Origin: Candidatus Micrarchaeota archaeon | Lineage (GTDB): Archaea; Micrarchaeota; Micrarchaeia; Micrarchaeales; CABMGC01 | DNA length: 64,000 bases | Reading direction: 5' to 3' | NCBI GenBank assembly: GCA_021850705.1 | Contig: JAJZKU010000002.1 | Location: 2,825-66,824 of the forward strand | Part shown: in pieces, positions 47,101 to 55,446 of the stretch | Layout of the letters: each line of letters begins with the position of its first letter | Numbering within the stretch: position 1 is the stretch's first letter | Notes under the pieces: generated by a model | Database searches by the model: none | What the model was told of the DNA's origin: nothing | The model's input: the letters and a program-made list of their open reading frames with translations, nothing else | Made by a program: the position numbers and the translations under genes

Positions 47101-47341
47101 CCTTACTCTCACCGGAACATATACTGTAAACGTATATATTACTGGGGCTACTCAAGTATTCTACAGACAGGAAGGGTCGGATATCTGGAATCCCATTCTT
47201 CCTTCGGCAGCCTGGGGCTCAAACAACGGCCAGACATATTCGGGAAGCTTTACGCTTACCCCTGGCGCATACCAATTTGCAGTAGACTATGAAGAATCCT
47301 GCGGGACAGGTGTCAGCTCATTCTCAATGAGTTACGGATGA
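44114..47341 (+). CDS. giant pilin-signal protein with LamG modules and a PA14-like C-terminal domain
   Basis: MKLQLMTISVLILFILMLAELVIF N-terminus (track start is TTG at 44108). LamG linkers IILWLPLNNNANDLSG and LVAWWPLNGNANDYSGNGNNG. C-terminus: TLTGTYTVNVYITGATQVFY...FTLTPGAYQFAVDYEESCGTG. Confidence 0.78.
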   Translation: MKLQLMTISVLILFILMLAELVIFITLNTGYASLSQSYSQQSNLLSYKSYLISTSKAFAAKALHDALFSLAVYEYNSGGPNFITNSSEYISQIVKNGTVPNEYVYVSYNGAGPGINSYNYGDLNDPSTFIFFNGSVEAQPPYGVSNIVIKESMPSVYQNGPYNISVAYTEYVSLNASGVIYKYEIPVNATISLNGTPDLYYAQQGITRYINFGNVSTLITNIGNSEALNGTTGLFAFGSVLDYGSNTVCPSNNALISSQIIFATDNAQNINCNGSNFGGIISYNSPSAIPANYVAYLNYPVASNYISNSINDGQAVLLYGPSLETLDTHGLINAINNGYYFASPFAPSYLDRADGNLGNSSIDGIFTFTGYNKRVAYLTENSYIAGNGVTIANITNLEWVYPMSNQSFGPIAEFGGSTENSGFYNISLDNGNIVIWNGAKKYVSSFIVPTYRWSLIGFSLNKSFIRVFDNGNSQLFSSLSNPSPSPNNKDFIIGAQLGNNNYYTKMAISDLQLYNNTLNTQQVYKVYQDGIGSLPIPDSNIILWLPLNNNANDLSGVDGYSYTIWTNGIGTIYYANRHNIIPYRVNYLYPQNYNRDSALIVPSAQPTFPIPGILACSNNQQCANLTSPHLYLSDIPLEYGPSLAASFNPSVSSMIVTQQLNATPLTKSTSFTFSTWIYGYGPTTGGETIANSSNNNNDAGFDLLFSKLGNGQSDYILSMAPCCNNRLPWPNGVESFPLNTWEMVTAEYNTTTGIASVYLNSTLFVSKNVGKGLNVAQLLPIYLGSNSVSGGPTYSFNGLMSDVQLYNTSLNNGQISSLYSEGIAGAPIQSSTLVAWWPLNGNANDYSGNGNNGFTYNLTYTPITGYSDYGTSTPTAISDEWQALGFGAAPQQSIFWNVTGWTSSSGILPYSSVTASPALPQGVSVETSNIAGWYGIPTYRNNANGLPGFTGWAYESNTITGRQINLMNAVPFPVPFNALNNAIACGSGTGYTATANLTLTGTYTVNVYITGATQVFYRQEGSDIWNPILPSAAWGSNNGQTYSGSFTLTPGAYQFAVDYEESCGTGVSSFSMSYG

Positions 47342-47395
47342 ATCATAAGCCTAATATATCAGTCCTTAGTACTTTCAAAGAATTATGGTCTTGAT

Positions 47396-47755
47396 ATGCC
47401 TGAAACAGTAACAAAAACGGAATATAAACCATTTACCATGACCAAAAAGCAGCTAGCTTCAGAAGAGTTCGCATTTGTGAACGGTAACAAGAGCGTCATG
47501 ATAGAACGCATAGCTGACGGCAGGATCCCGGGTTCGTACCTTCTGAAAGGATATGTAGAGAGCAAAGAAAGGAAGGGAACATACTTCCAGGTCGATATAG
47601 TAATATCTGATAGCAAGCATAACAGCATACCCTGGAGCAACTGCACCTGTACGAGTGCCCATTACAGGTCAAATCCTTGCCATCATGCACTGCGGATGAG
47701 GGATGTCTTCCTTGCAAACAGAAATAATATGCTGAAAGCAGTCATGAGAAGATAG
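47396..47755 (+). CDS. small SWIM zinc-finger protein (paralog of 26136..26483)
   Basis: CTCTSAHYRSNPCHHAL motif plus a shared block PGSYLLKGYVESKERKGTYF. Confidence 0.75.
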   Translation: MPETVTKTEYKPFTMTKKQLASEEFAFVNGNKSVMIERIADGRIPGSYLLKGYVESKERKGTYFQVDIVISDSKHNSIPWSNCTCTSAHYRSNPCHHALRMRDVFLANRNNMLKAVMRR

Positions 47756-47805
47756 GTTAAGCAGAAGGATAAATTATATTAATCTGAATTTACAATGGTA
47801 TTAGT

Positions 47806-48867
47806 ATGAAAAGCGGGAAGCTTATTGGCCTTGGGATAAATGCTGCAAAAAGCAATCTCACGGAGCTTAAAAGGCCTTACAAGATGACATTCGCAATAAC
47901 CTATAGATGCCAGTCCAGGTGTCTTACATGCAACATATGGCAGCGAAAGCCTGTAAATGAACTGACAACAGATGAGATCAGGGAGTTTGCAAAAAAGAAC
48001 AACTATTTCAGATGGTTAGAGATTACAGGCGGAGAACCATTCCTCAACAGCGATATTGTTGAGATAGTAAAGGCCTTCGTTCAGAATTCAGATGGTCTTT
48101 TCATACTCACGATGCCTACAAATTCACTCTGCAACCAGGAGATGCTTGTAGGAAAGCTAAAGCAGATACTTGATCTAGGAATACCGAAAGTATCGATAAC
48201 ACTCAGCCTTGATGGCAATAGGGAGCTGCATGACAGGATCAGGGGCATCCCAGGTAACTTTGACAGGGTGATGTCCATGGCAAGAAGGCTTAAGGAGCTG
48301 CAGAAGGAGTACAAGAACCTCTTTTTTGTCTTCGGCTATACTATGTCAAGACTTAACCAGGGTCACCTTGAAGAGACAATAAACGATGTAAGGAAGGAGC
48401 TGCCATGGGCAACCGCCAACAATTTCCATGTGAATGTGGGCCAATTATCCGGCATGTATTACGGAAATGAGGATATGCAGATAGCAGCTGACAGGGAGTC
48501 CGTAGCTAAAGAGGTCAAGATGCTGCTAAAGATGAGAAAGAAGGAGATCGGGATAATTCCCATAATAGAAGGCATATTCCTGCGTAAGCTTGTCGACTAT
48601 GTCACTACTGGCAAATCTCCTATGAGGAGCAGGAGCATGGACGTCTCGCTCTTCCTTGACAGCTATGGCAATGTCTTCCCTTCGATAATGTGGGATAAGA
48701 AGATAGGAAACATACGGGATACAGGATATGACCTTGGGAAGATTTGGTCGAGTCAGGAAGCCGATGAGATAAGGAAGAGCATAAAGGAAGGGAAGGAGCC
48801 TGATTCATGGACCGCATGCGAAGCATATCAGACAATAGTAGGAGATATAAAAGAAGCAGTAATATAG
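47806..48867 (+). CDS. radical SAM protein
   Basis: ITYRCQSRCLTCNIW (CxxxCxxC) and LEITGGEPFL motifs. Confidence 0.85.
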   Translation: MKSGKLIGLGINAAKSNLTELKRPYKMTFAITYRCQSRCLTCNIWQRKPVNELTTDEIREFAKKNNYFRWLEITGGEPFLNSDIVEIVKAFVQNSDGLFILTMPTNSLCNQEMLVGKLKQILDLGIPKVSITLSLDGNRELHDRIRGIPGNFDRVMSMARRLKELQKEYKNLFFVFGYTMSRLNQGHLEETINDVRKELPWATANNFHVNVGQLSGMYYGNEDMQIAADRESVAKEVKMLLKMRKKEIGIIPIIEGIFLRKLVDYVTTGKSPMRSRSMDVSLFLDSYGNVFPSIMWDKKIGNIRDTGYDLGKIWSSQEADEIRKSIKEGKEPDSWTACEAYQTIVGDIKEAVI

Positions 48868-48883
48868 TATATCTTGCTACGGT

Positions 48884-50596
48884 GTGTTCTTGGCATATAT
48901 TCTGGGATTATGGGATGGGCACGATTCAGGCGCGGCCCTCATTGAAGACGGAAAGGTAGTATTTGCTGCAAACGAAGAAAGGTATACCAAGCGCAAGCTG
49001 GAGATAAAGTTTCCTTACAATGCCATAAGCAATGCGCTCGAATTCGCAGGCATAAAGCCATCTGATGTAGAAACAATAGCATTTCCTACTACTGAGTTAA
49101 CAAAGACAATCTCAAGAGTATTTCCAAATCAGAAAGAAGCATACTATAAGTTCAGGAGAAGGAAGATACCGAAGCCGAGGATGGAAAGGCTGATGCACTA
49201 CTACAAGTATGCAACAACCACAATAGGCGTGCTTCCCCTCTGTGATTCGGTGAGCAAGAGCGTAATAGACAGGCAGCTGAAGCACATAGGATTCAGCAAG
49301 TTCAAGCTCTATTCGATAGATCATCATATGGCGCATGCCGCTACTGCTGCATTTACTTCAGGAATTGACCACGCTCTTGTAATAACGCTTGATGGCCTGG
49401 GAGACGGTCTTTCAGGAAGCATCTCTGTACTGGAGAACGGGAAGCTGGAGCGAAAAGCAACAATACCTGCAAGGGATTCAATAGGCATATTCTACGAGCA
49501 GGTAACCAATCTGGTGGGCATGCGTGAACTTGAGGATGAAGGGAAGGTAATGGCTATGGCAGATTACTCATTCCCGTTCCCATTCGAAGAGAACAAGCTC
49601 AAGGATTTCTACAGCGTTGACGGCATTAAGATAAGGGCAAAATACGGTCCTGTAAAGCAGTATCAGATGCTTGACAGGCTCCTGTGGACGATACCTCGGG
49701 AGCAGTTTGCATATATGGCCCAGCAGCTTCTTGAAAAGATAGAGAGCGAACTTGTTGCAAATGCCATATCACATTTCGGGATAGACTCTGTAGTCTTTTC
49801 AGGAGGCATCATGTCCAATGTAAAGGCAAATATGCGCATAAGAGAGATAGACGCGCTTAAAAAATGGTACATCTTCCCGCACATGGGTGATGGCGGAATA
49901 GCCCTTGGAGCTGCAATGTACGCAGATTACCAGACAAGAGGAACGCACTCTTATGAATTCGAGAATGCCTATCTTGGCAATTCTTACAATGAAGACAGGA
50001 TACTTCAGGCTCTTAAGGAAGAAGCCAATGTCTCTTATCAGCTGGATAGTGACAGGTTCAATCACGCTGCAGAACTGATAGACAATGACGAGTATGTATT
50101 CTGGTTCAACGGGCGGATGGAGTACGGTCCCAGGGCTCTTGGAGACAGGAGCATACTGGCAAATGCCGGATCAGATACCGTAAAGGACAAGCTAAATACG
50201 TACGTAAAGCAGAGAGAGTGGTACCAGCCTTTTGCCCCTTCTATTCTAAGAGATGATGCAGAACAGCTTCTTGAAAATGTGAAGGGCCACGATCGTTTTA
50301 TGACAATGGCATACGCGATACAGAAGGACAAGAAGGAGGTAATGAAATCGGTAGTGCATGTTGACCTTACGGCAAGACCGCAGATGGTGGGAGAAGAGAA
50401 CAGGGATTATATGGAGCTTATCAAAGCCGTAAAGAACAGAACTGGCTTCGGTGTCGTACTAAACACAAGCTTCAACATACACGGTTCACCCATAGTTGCA
50501 TCTCCTCAAGATGCTCTGCTTACGATGAAGAAGACCAAGACCAGATACATGTTCCTTGGAGAGTATTTTGTGGAGAATAATGAGGCTGCTAAATGA
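48884..50596 (+). CDS. carbamoyltransferase (NodU/CmcH family)
   Basis: ILGLWDGHDSGAALIEDGKVVFAANEERYTKRK N-terminus, HHMAHAATA, and a C-terminal YGPRALGDRSILA motif. Confidence 0.88.
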   Translation: MFLAYILGLWDGHDSGAALIEDGKVVFAANEERYTKRKLEIKFPYNAISNALEFAGIKPSDVETIAFPTTELTKTISRVFPNQKEAYYKFRRRKIPKPRMERLMHYYKYATTTIGVLPLCDSVSKSVIDRQLKHIGFSKFKLYSIDHHMAHAATAAFTSGIDHALVITLDGLGDGLSGSISVLENGKLERKATIPARDSIGIFYEQVTNLVGMRELEDEGKVMAMADYSFPFPFEENKLKDFYSVDGIKIRAKYGPVKQYQMLDRLLWTIPREQFAYMAQQLLEKIESELVANAISHFGIDSVVFSGGIMSNVKANMRIREIDALKKWYIFPHMGDGGIALGAAMYADYQTRGTHSYEFENAYLGNSYNEDRILQALKEEANVSYQLDSDRFNHAAELIDNDEYVFWFNGRMEYGPRALGDRSILANAGSDTVKDKLNTYVKQREWYQPFAPSILRDDAEQLLENVKGHDRFMTMAYAIQKDKKEVMKSVVHVDLTARPQMVGEENRDYMELIKAVKNRTGFGVVLNTSFNIHGSPIVASPQDALLTMKKTKTRYMFLGEYFVENNEAAK

Positions 50597-51726
50597 AGAT
50601 AGCGATGGTATACGATGTGCCATATCCGTGGCATGTGGGAGGAATAGAAGCGATGCATTATAATGCAGCTGTAGAGCTTGCAAAGAAGCACGAGGTTCAT
50701 TTCTTCACCACAAAATGGCCAGGAATGGGTGATGATTTTGTCCATAAGGGCATACACTACCACGCAACCCGCGAAACAAACCAGGAAAAGATCTACAGGC
50801 ACGGAAGGCGTTCCATAAGGGAAGCAGCGCTCTTCAATTCCTCAATAATCAAACTTTTCGGGTACAACTTCGATGTCGTAATAACCGACTACTTCCCGAT
50901 GCTGCATCTGCCTCTGGTAAAGCTTTACTGCAGGAGCAGAGGGTCAAGGCTAATCATAGCTGTCGCTGAGTACTGGGATGCTGAGTACTGGAAAACATAC
51001 CTGGGAGGGGCATCATGGCCAGTAGCAAGCGCCTTCTCATCTTCTGCAATTAAAGGCGCAGATGCATATGTGACAATCAGCAGCGCTACCATGAAAAAGA
51101 TGGTAGAAGCCGGAATCAACAAGGACAAGATAAACATATTCGCTCCGGTAATAGATAAAAAAGATTTTGGCGGCTTGCTCCACAAGAAGGGTAAGCATTC
51201 AAAGCAGATAGTGTTCTCAGGCAGGATGATAAAGGAAAAGAGGATTGACAAATTGCTCAGCGTACTACAGCAGGCAAACAAGATCGGAGCAAATGCCAAG
51301 GGAGTTATAATGGGAAGCGGCCCTGAAAAGGACACACTGATAAAGATGTCTAATAAGATGGGACTTGACAAAACCGTCAGATTTATGGATTTCTACAAGG
51401 ACAAGAGGAAATTCTATGACCTTTTGAAGAGTTCATCATTGCTGCTAAACATGTCTGAAAGGGAAGGACTCAGCATAATATGCATAGAGTCTGCAGCTCT
51501 TGGGATACCAGTTCTTCTTCCATCATACTCTCCAATACCTGTAGAGGTTAGGGAGATGTGCATAGTAAAGGATGAGAAGGATATCCCTGCAGAGATAAAA
51601 AGAGTGATGAACAGTAAGGATATCGGCTCTCTAGTAAAGAAAAGGGAGAACCTGAAGAGATATCTTGTATCAGAGACCAATCCTTTTTATTCAAGATTAT
51701 TCAAGCGTATTGGTGCAGAGCTTTAG
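50593..51726 (+). CDS. glycosyltransferase, GT4 family
   Basis: MSEREGLSIICIESAALGIPVL motif. A 4-nt overlap with the carbamoyltransferase gene. Confidence 0.8.
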   Translation: MKIAMVYDVPYPWHVGGIEAMHYNAAVELAKKHEVHFFTTKWPGMGDDFVHKGIHYHATRETNQEKIYRHGRRSIREAALFNSSIIKLFGYNFDVVITDYFPMLHLPLVKLYCRSRGSRLIIAVAEYWDAEYWKTYLGGASWPVASAFSSSAIKGADAYVTISSATMKKMVEAGINKDKINIFAPVIDKKDFGGLLHKKGKHSKQIVFSGRMIKEKRIDKLLSVLQQANKIGANAKGVIMGSGPEKDTLIKMSNKMGLDKTVRFMDFYKDKRKFYDLLKSSSLLLNMSEREGLSIICIESAALGIPVLLPSYSPIPVEVREMCIVKDEKDIPAEIKRVMNSKDIGSLVKKRENLKRYLVSETNPFYSRLFKRIGAEL

Positions 51727-51779
51727 ACTAAATGCTTATATCCTTTACCTATGACCAATAATTATTCGGTGCTTTAAAA

Positions 51780-54599
51780 ATGAACCATGAGGAGATAGAG
51801 AGCAAATGGCAACAGGAATGGAGTGAGGCTTCTGTATTTGATGCCGACCCTGATCAGCGCCAGTCATACATGGTCACAGCAGCTTTTCCTTACGTAAACG
51901 GACCGCCCCACATGGGGCACGTACGCACTTATGGAACAGCAGATGTTCTTGCAAGATACAAGAGGATGCGCGGCTTCAATGTACTATTTCCTATAGGTTA
52001 TCATGTTACTGGAACTCCGATAATCGCACAGTGCAAGAGGATAAAGAGCAAGGATCCCATCCTAATAAAGGATCTCAAGAAATTCGGCATATCCGATGAA
52101 GACATTGAGAAGATGGAGGACCCGATGTATCTCGCATCATACTTCATAAACGAGTTCAGAGACGCATTTCACGCACTCGGATTTAGCATGGACTGGAGAA
52201 GGCAGCTTATATCAATAGACCCTAAGTTCAGCAAATTCGTAGAATGGCAATTTTCAATACTCAATGAAAACGGGCTTCTTACAAAAGGGAAACATCCTGT
52301 AGGATGGTGCCCCAATGAGAACAATGCGGTAGGAATGCATGATACAAAGTCGGATACTGAGCCTGAGATAGAGGAGATGCTTGGAATAAAGTTCCAGGTA
52401 GAGAATGAGGATTACAAGATAGCGTGTGCCACATACAGGCCTGAGACTCTTTACGGTGTTACAAATATCTTCATCAAGGACGGGGTAAGATACGCTATAT
52501 GCGAGGTTAACGGTGAGAAACTATGCCTTTCAAGCACAGCTGCAGAGAGTATGGCATATCAGGCGAATGTCAAGGTTATATCAGAGATAACAGCGGCAGA
52601 CCTGTTTGACAAGAAGTATATAAATCCTATAAATGGAAATGCAGTTCCTGCCCTTCCTGGATTCTTTGTCGATGAAAAGTTTGGCACAGGAATAGTAATG
52701 AGTGTTCCTGCACATGCTCCTTTCGATTATGCTGCACTGCTGGACCTGAAGAAAAAAGGTTCAGAAACTGCAGCTGCAATCTTGCCAATAAAAGTGATAG
52801 AATTAGACGGTCCTGCTAAAGGACAGGAGATACCATCGGTAGCTTACATAGATGTCGAGAGTCAGGAAGGTGATCCTGACAGCGGTGCAATAGAAGCTGC
52901 TACAAAGAACCAGTATAAGGAAGAGCTGAGGAGCGGAGTCATGATCATGGGCGATTACAAAGGACAGAAAGTAAAGATAGCTCGTGACAGTATGTGGAAG
53001 GATCTTATAGCAAGCAATGATGCATTTGTAGTCCGTGTAATCGCAAACGGTGCAGTATGCAGATGCGGTTTTTCGGTAGTGGTAAAAATAGTGGATGATC
53101 AATGGTTCCTCAATTACGGCGATGAAGGATGGAAGGTTAAGGCGCGCGAGGCCCTTAAGAATACAAAGATTCTCCCTGAAAAGCTAAGACCTACATTCGA
53201 AGGCGCATTGGAATGGATAAATCTCCGCGCAGTTGCAAGGGCGCAAGGGCTGGGTACAAAGTTCCCTCTTGATAATACCAAGATAATAGAGTCCCTCTCA
53301 GACTCAACCATTTACATGTCCCTTTATACAATATGGAACATTATAGAAAAAGTAGAGAGTGAAAAGCTTACAAAGGAGTTTTTCGACTATGTATTCCTTG
53401 GAAAAGGCTCTGCCGAAGCTATATCAAAAACTACAGGCATATCTTATGAGATTATTAAGAGAAGCAAGGAGTCATTTGACTATTGGTACACGTTTACATC
53501 AAGGCACTCCGGCGTAGATCTTATATTTAACCATCTGACCATGTACCTTTTCAACCACTCGATAATCTTCAACAGTAAGCACTGGCCAAAGCAAATAGCT
53601 ATAAACGGGACTGTTTTGTGCGAAGGAGAAAAGATGTCGAAGAGTCTGGGCAATACTGTTGATGTAAAAGAAGCGTTAGGAAAGCACGGTGCAGACGTAA
53701 CAAGATTCGTGATTATCTGCAGTGCAGACCTGTTTGGAGATTCTGAATATAGTAACGATGCCGCACGAGGTATAAAAGAGCGAATTGAGTATATAGACTC
53801 GATAGCAGGGAACCTTAGCCTGTATTCACCATCAGAATTGAGACATATAGACTATTGGATGTACTCCAGACTTAACAGGAAGATAATTACGGTTACCGAA
53901 GCTATAGACAAACTTGAGCTCAGGACAGCATCCACAGCTGCTTTGTACGAAGCCGTTATCGATCTAAAGAGATACTTCCTTAGAGGGGGTAACAACCAGA
54001 TAGTTATAACAGAGTATCTCTCAAACATTGCACTTATGCTTGGCCCACTTACACCTCATTTCTCAGAGGAACTCTGGCACAAGATAGGTAATGATACACT
54101 TGTCGCGAAGGAAAAGTGGCCCACTGCAAACGAATCGATGCTTAACAGCAAGATGGAGATGGAAGAGGAGCTAATGGATAAAATGATAGAGGACTCAAAG
54201 CATGTACTCGACCTTGTAAAAAGAAAGGGCCAGGAGCCTAAAGAGATAAAGTACATAGTTGCAAGCGAATACAAGTACATACTTAACAATGAGCTCGCAA
54301 AGGACAAGAATGTAAAGCGCGTAATGGAGATGATAAAGAGCGGTGAGCTTGAGAACAGTTATCAGATAAAATTTGATCTTCAGAAGTGCATGGATTTCGT
54401 CTCATCTATGGCAAAGCACATAAACACGGTAAATACGGTTGAGACCAACCCTGCAGACCAATACGACATAATAAATGATGCAAAAGAGTACATCGGCAAC
54501 GGAACCGGCTGCAGGATAACCGTTGAGAAGGAAGAAGAGTCCAAATCTTCAAAGGCAGCTGCATCTACGCCGATGAAGCCTGGAATAGAGATACTGTAA
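51780..54599 (+). CDS. leuS: leucyl-tRNA synthetase (archaeal type)
   Basis: PYVNGPPHMGHVRTY (HIGH) and KMSKSLGN (KMSKS) motifs; 939 aa. Confidence 0.95.
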   Translation: MNHEEIESKWQQEWSEASVFDADPDQRQSYMVTAAFPYVNGPPHMGHVRTYGTADVLARYKRMRGFNVLFPIGYHVTGTPIIAQCKRIKSKDPILIKDLKKFGISDEDIEKMEDPMYLASYFINEFRDAFHALGFSMDWRRQLISIDPKFSKFVEWQFSILNENGLLTKGKHPVGWCPNENNAVGMHDTKSDTEPEIEEMLGIKFQVENEDYKIACATYRPETLYGVTNIFIKDGVRYAICEVNGEKLCLSSTAAESMAYQANVKVISEITAADLFDKKYINPINGNAVPALPGFFVDEKFGTGIVMSVPAHAPFDYAALLDLKKKGSETAAAILPIKVIELDGPAKGQEIPSVAYIDVESQEGDPDSGAIEAATKNQYKEELRSGVMIMGDYKGQKVKIARDSMWKDLIASNDAFVVRVIANGAVCRCGFSVVVKIVDDQWFLNYGDEGWKVKAREALKNTKILPEKLRPTFEGALEWINLRAVARAQGLGTKFPLDNTKIIESLSDSTIYMSLYTIWNIIEKVESEKLTKEFFDYVFLGKGSAEAISKTTGISYEIIKRSKESFDYWYTFTSRHSGVDLIFNHLTMYLFNHSIIFNSKHWPKQIAINGTVLCEGEKMSKSLGNTVDVKEALGKHGADVTRFVIICSADLFGDSEYSNDAARGIKERIEYIDSIAGNLSLYSPSELRHIDYWMYSRLNRKIITVTEAIDKLELRTASTAALYEAVIDLKRYFLRGGNNQIVITEYLSNIALMLGPLTPHFSEELWHKIGNDTLVAKEKWPTANESMLNSKMEMEEELMDKMIEDSKHVLDLVKRKGQEPKEIKYIVASEYKYILNNELAKDKNVKRVMEMIKSGELENSYQIKFDLQKCMDFVSSMAKHINTVNTVETNPADQYDIINDAKEYIGNGTGCRITVEKEEESKSSKAAASTPMKPGIEIL

Positions 54600-54636
54600 G
54601 CTTATCTAATCCTCAAGACAATAATAAGATCCTTTT

Positions 54637-55392
54637 TCAAAACAGACGTACATTGCTGCTGAATACTGAGAAGAACAGGGCAATTATCAGCATGAAGATA
54701 AAGCTGAAGAGAAGATATGCTACCGGGAATATGAAAAGCAGTATTATGAATATTGTCAATACTGTTGCTCCATAAATTGCTTTATTCCATCTGAACACTT
54801 TGCTGCCGTCAAGTGGATATATGGGGAGCATGTTGAAGAAAGCAAGTATTATGCTTATGAGAAGCGTGAGGTTTATCAGATTCTCCAGATATGGGAGAGT
54901 CAGTATGCCGTTTCCGAATGTGACTAGAAGATGCGATGTGAAAGAGCCACCGTAAATCGCAATGCCTGTTATAAAGAATACTGCAAAAACCGCGAAGTTT
55001 GTGAGAGGACCTGCCAATGAAACTATGCCCTCTTCCTTCCTTGTGAATGTGCTGGTGTATATGATTGTTGCTCCAGGTATGCCAAGAAGGAAACCAAACA
55101 GTGAAGAAACCAGTGTTATAAGTACGCCTATATCAGATTTCTTGAATGCAGCTATTGCACCGTACTTCTGCGCAGTCTTCTTATGCATGTATTCATGAAG
55201 TATGAATGATAATGAGACTGCAACTAGTGACATCGGGAAGAAGTATATTAACAATGAGAAGCTTGACCCTATGCCGCCTGCGAATATTACTGAGAATGCA
55301 AAGGCCAGAACAAGATCGGCTATAACTATGTCTTCTATCTCTTTCTTGAGAAGATCCTGCTCACGTATGTACATGCCCATGATTACACGCAA
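54637..55392 (-). CDS. site-2 protease family (M50) membrane metalloprotease
   Basis: HEYMHKKTAQKYG (HExxH) and NMLPIYPLDGSKV motifs; polytopic. Confidence 0.85.
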   Translation of the reverse strand: MRVIMGMYIREQDLLKKEIEDIVIADLVLAFAFSVIFAGGIGSSFSLLIYFFPMSLVAVSLSFILHEYMHKKTAQKYGAIAAFKKSDIGVLITLVSSLFGFLLGIPGATIIYTSTFTRKEEGIVSLAGPLTNFAVFAVFFITGIAIYGGSFTSHLLVTFGNGILTLPYLENLINLTLLISIILAFFNMLPIYPLDGSKVFRWNKAIYGATVLTIFIILLFIFPVAYLLFSFIFMLIIALFFSVFSSNVRLF

Positions 55393-55411
55393 GTAACTTT
55401 ATAACACAACG

Positions 55412-55419
55412 TATATAAA
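55412..55419 (+). promoter_or_regulatory. TATA box TATATAAA for tRNA-Gln
   Basis: Centred about 31 nt upstream of tRNA position 1. Confidence 0.45.
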
Positions 55420-55446
55420 AATGAATCATTTAATAGCAATACCTGG

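Noticed and set aside
46753-47292. 179-aa alternative-frame ORF inside the about 1075-aa LamG gene
   Set aside because: Same strand but out of frame. The main frame continues a conserved LamG/PA14-like architecture, and the alternative frame has no independent signal.
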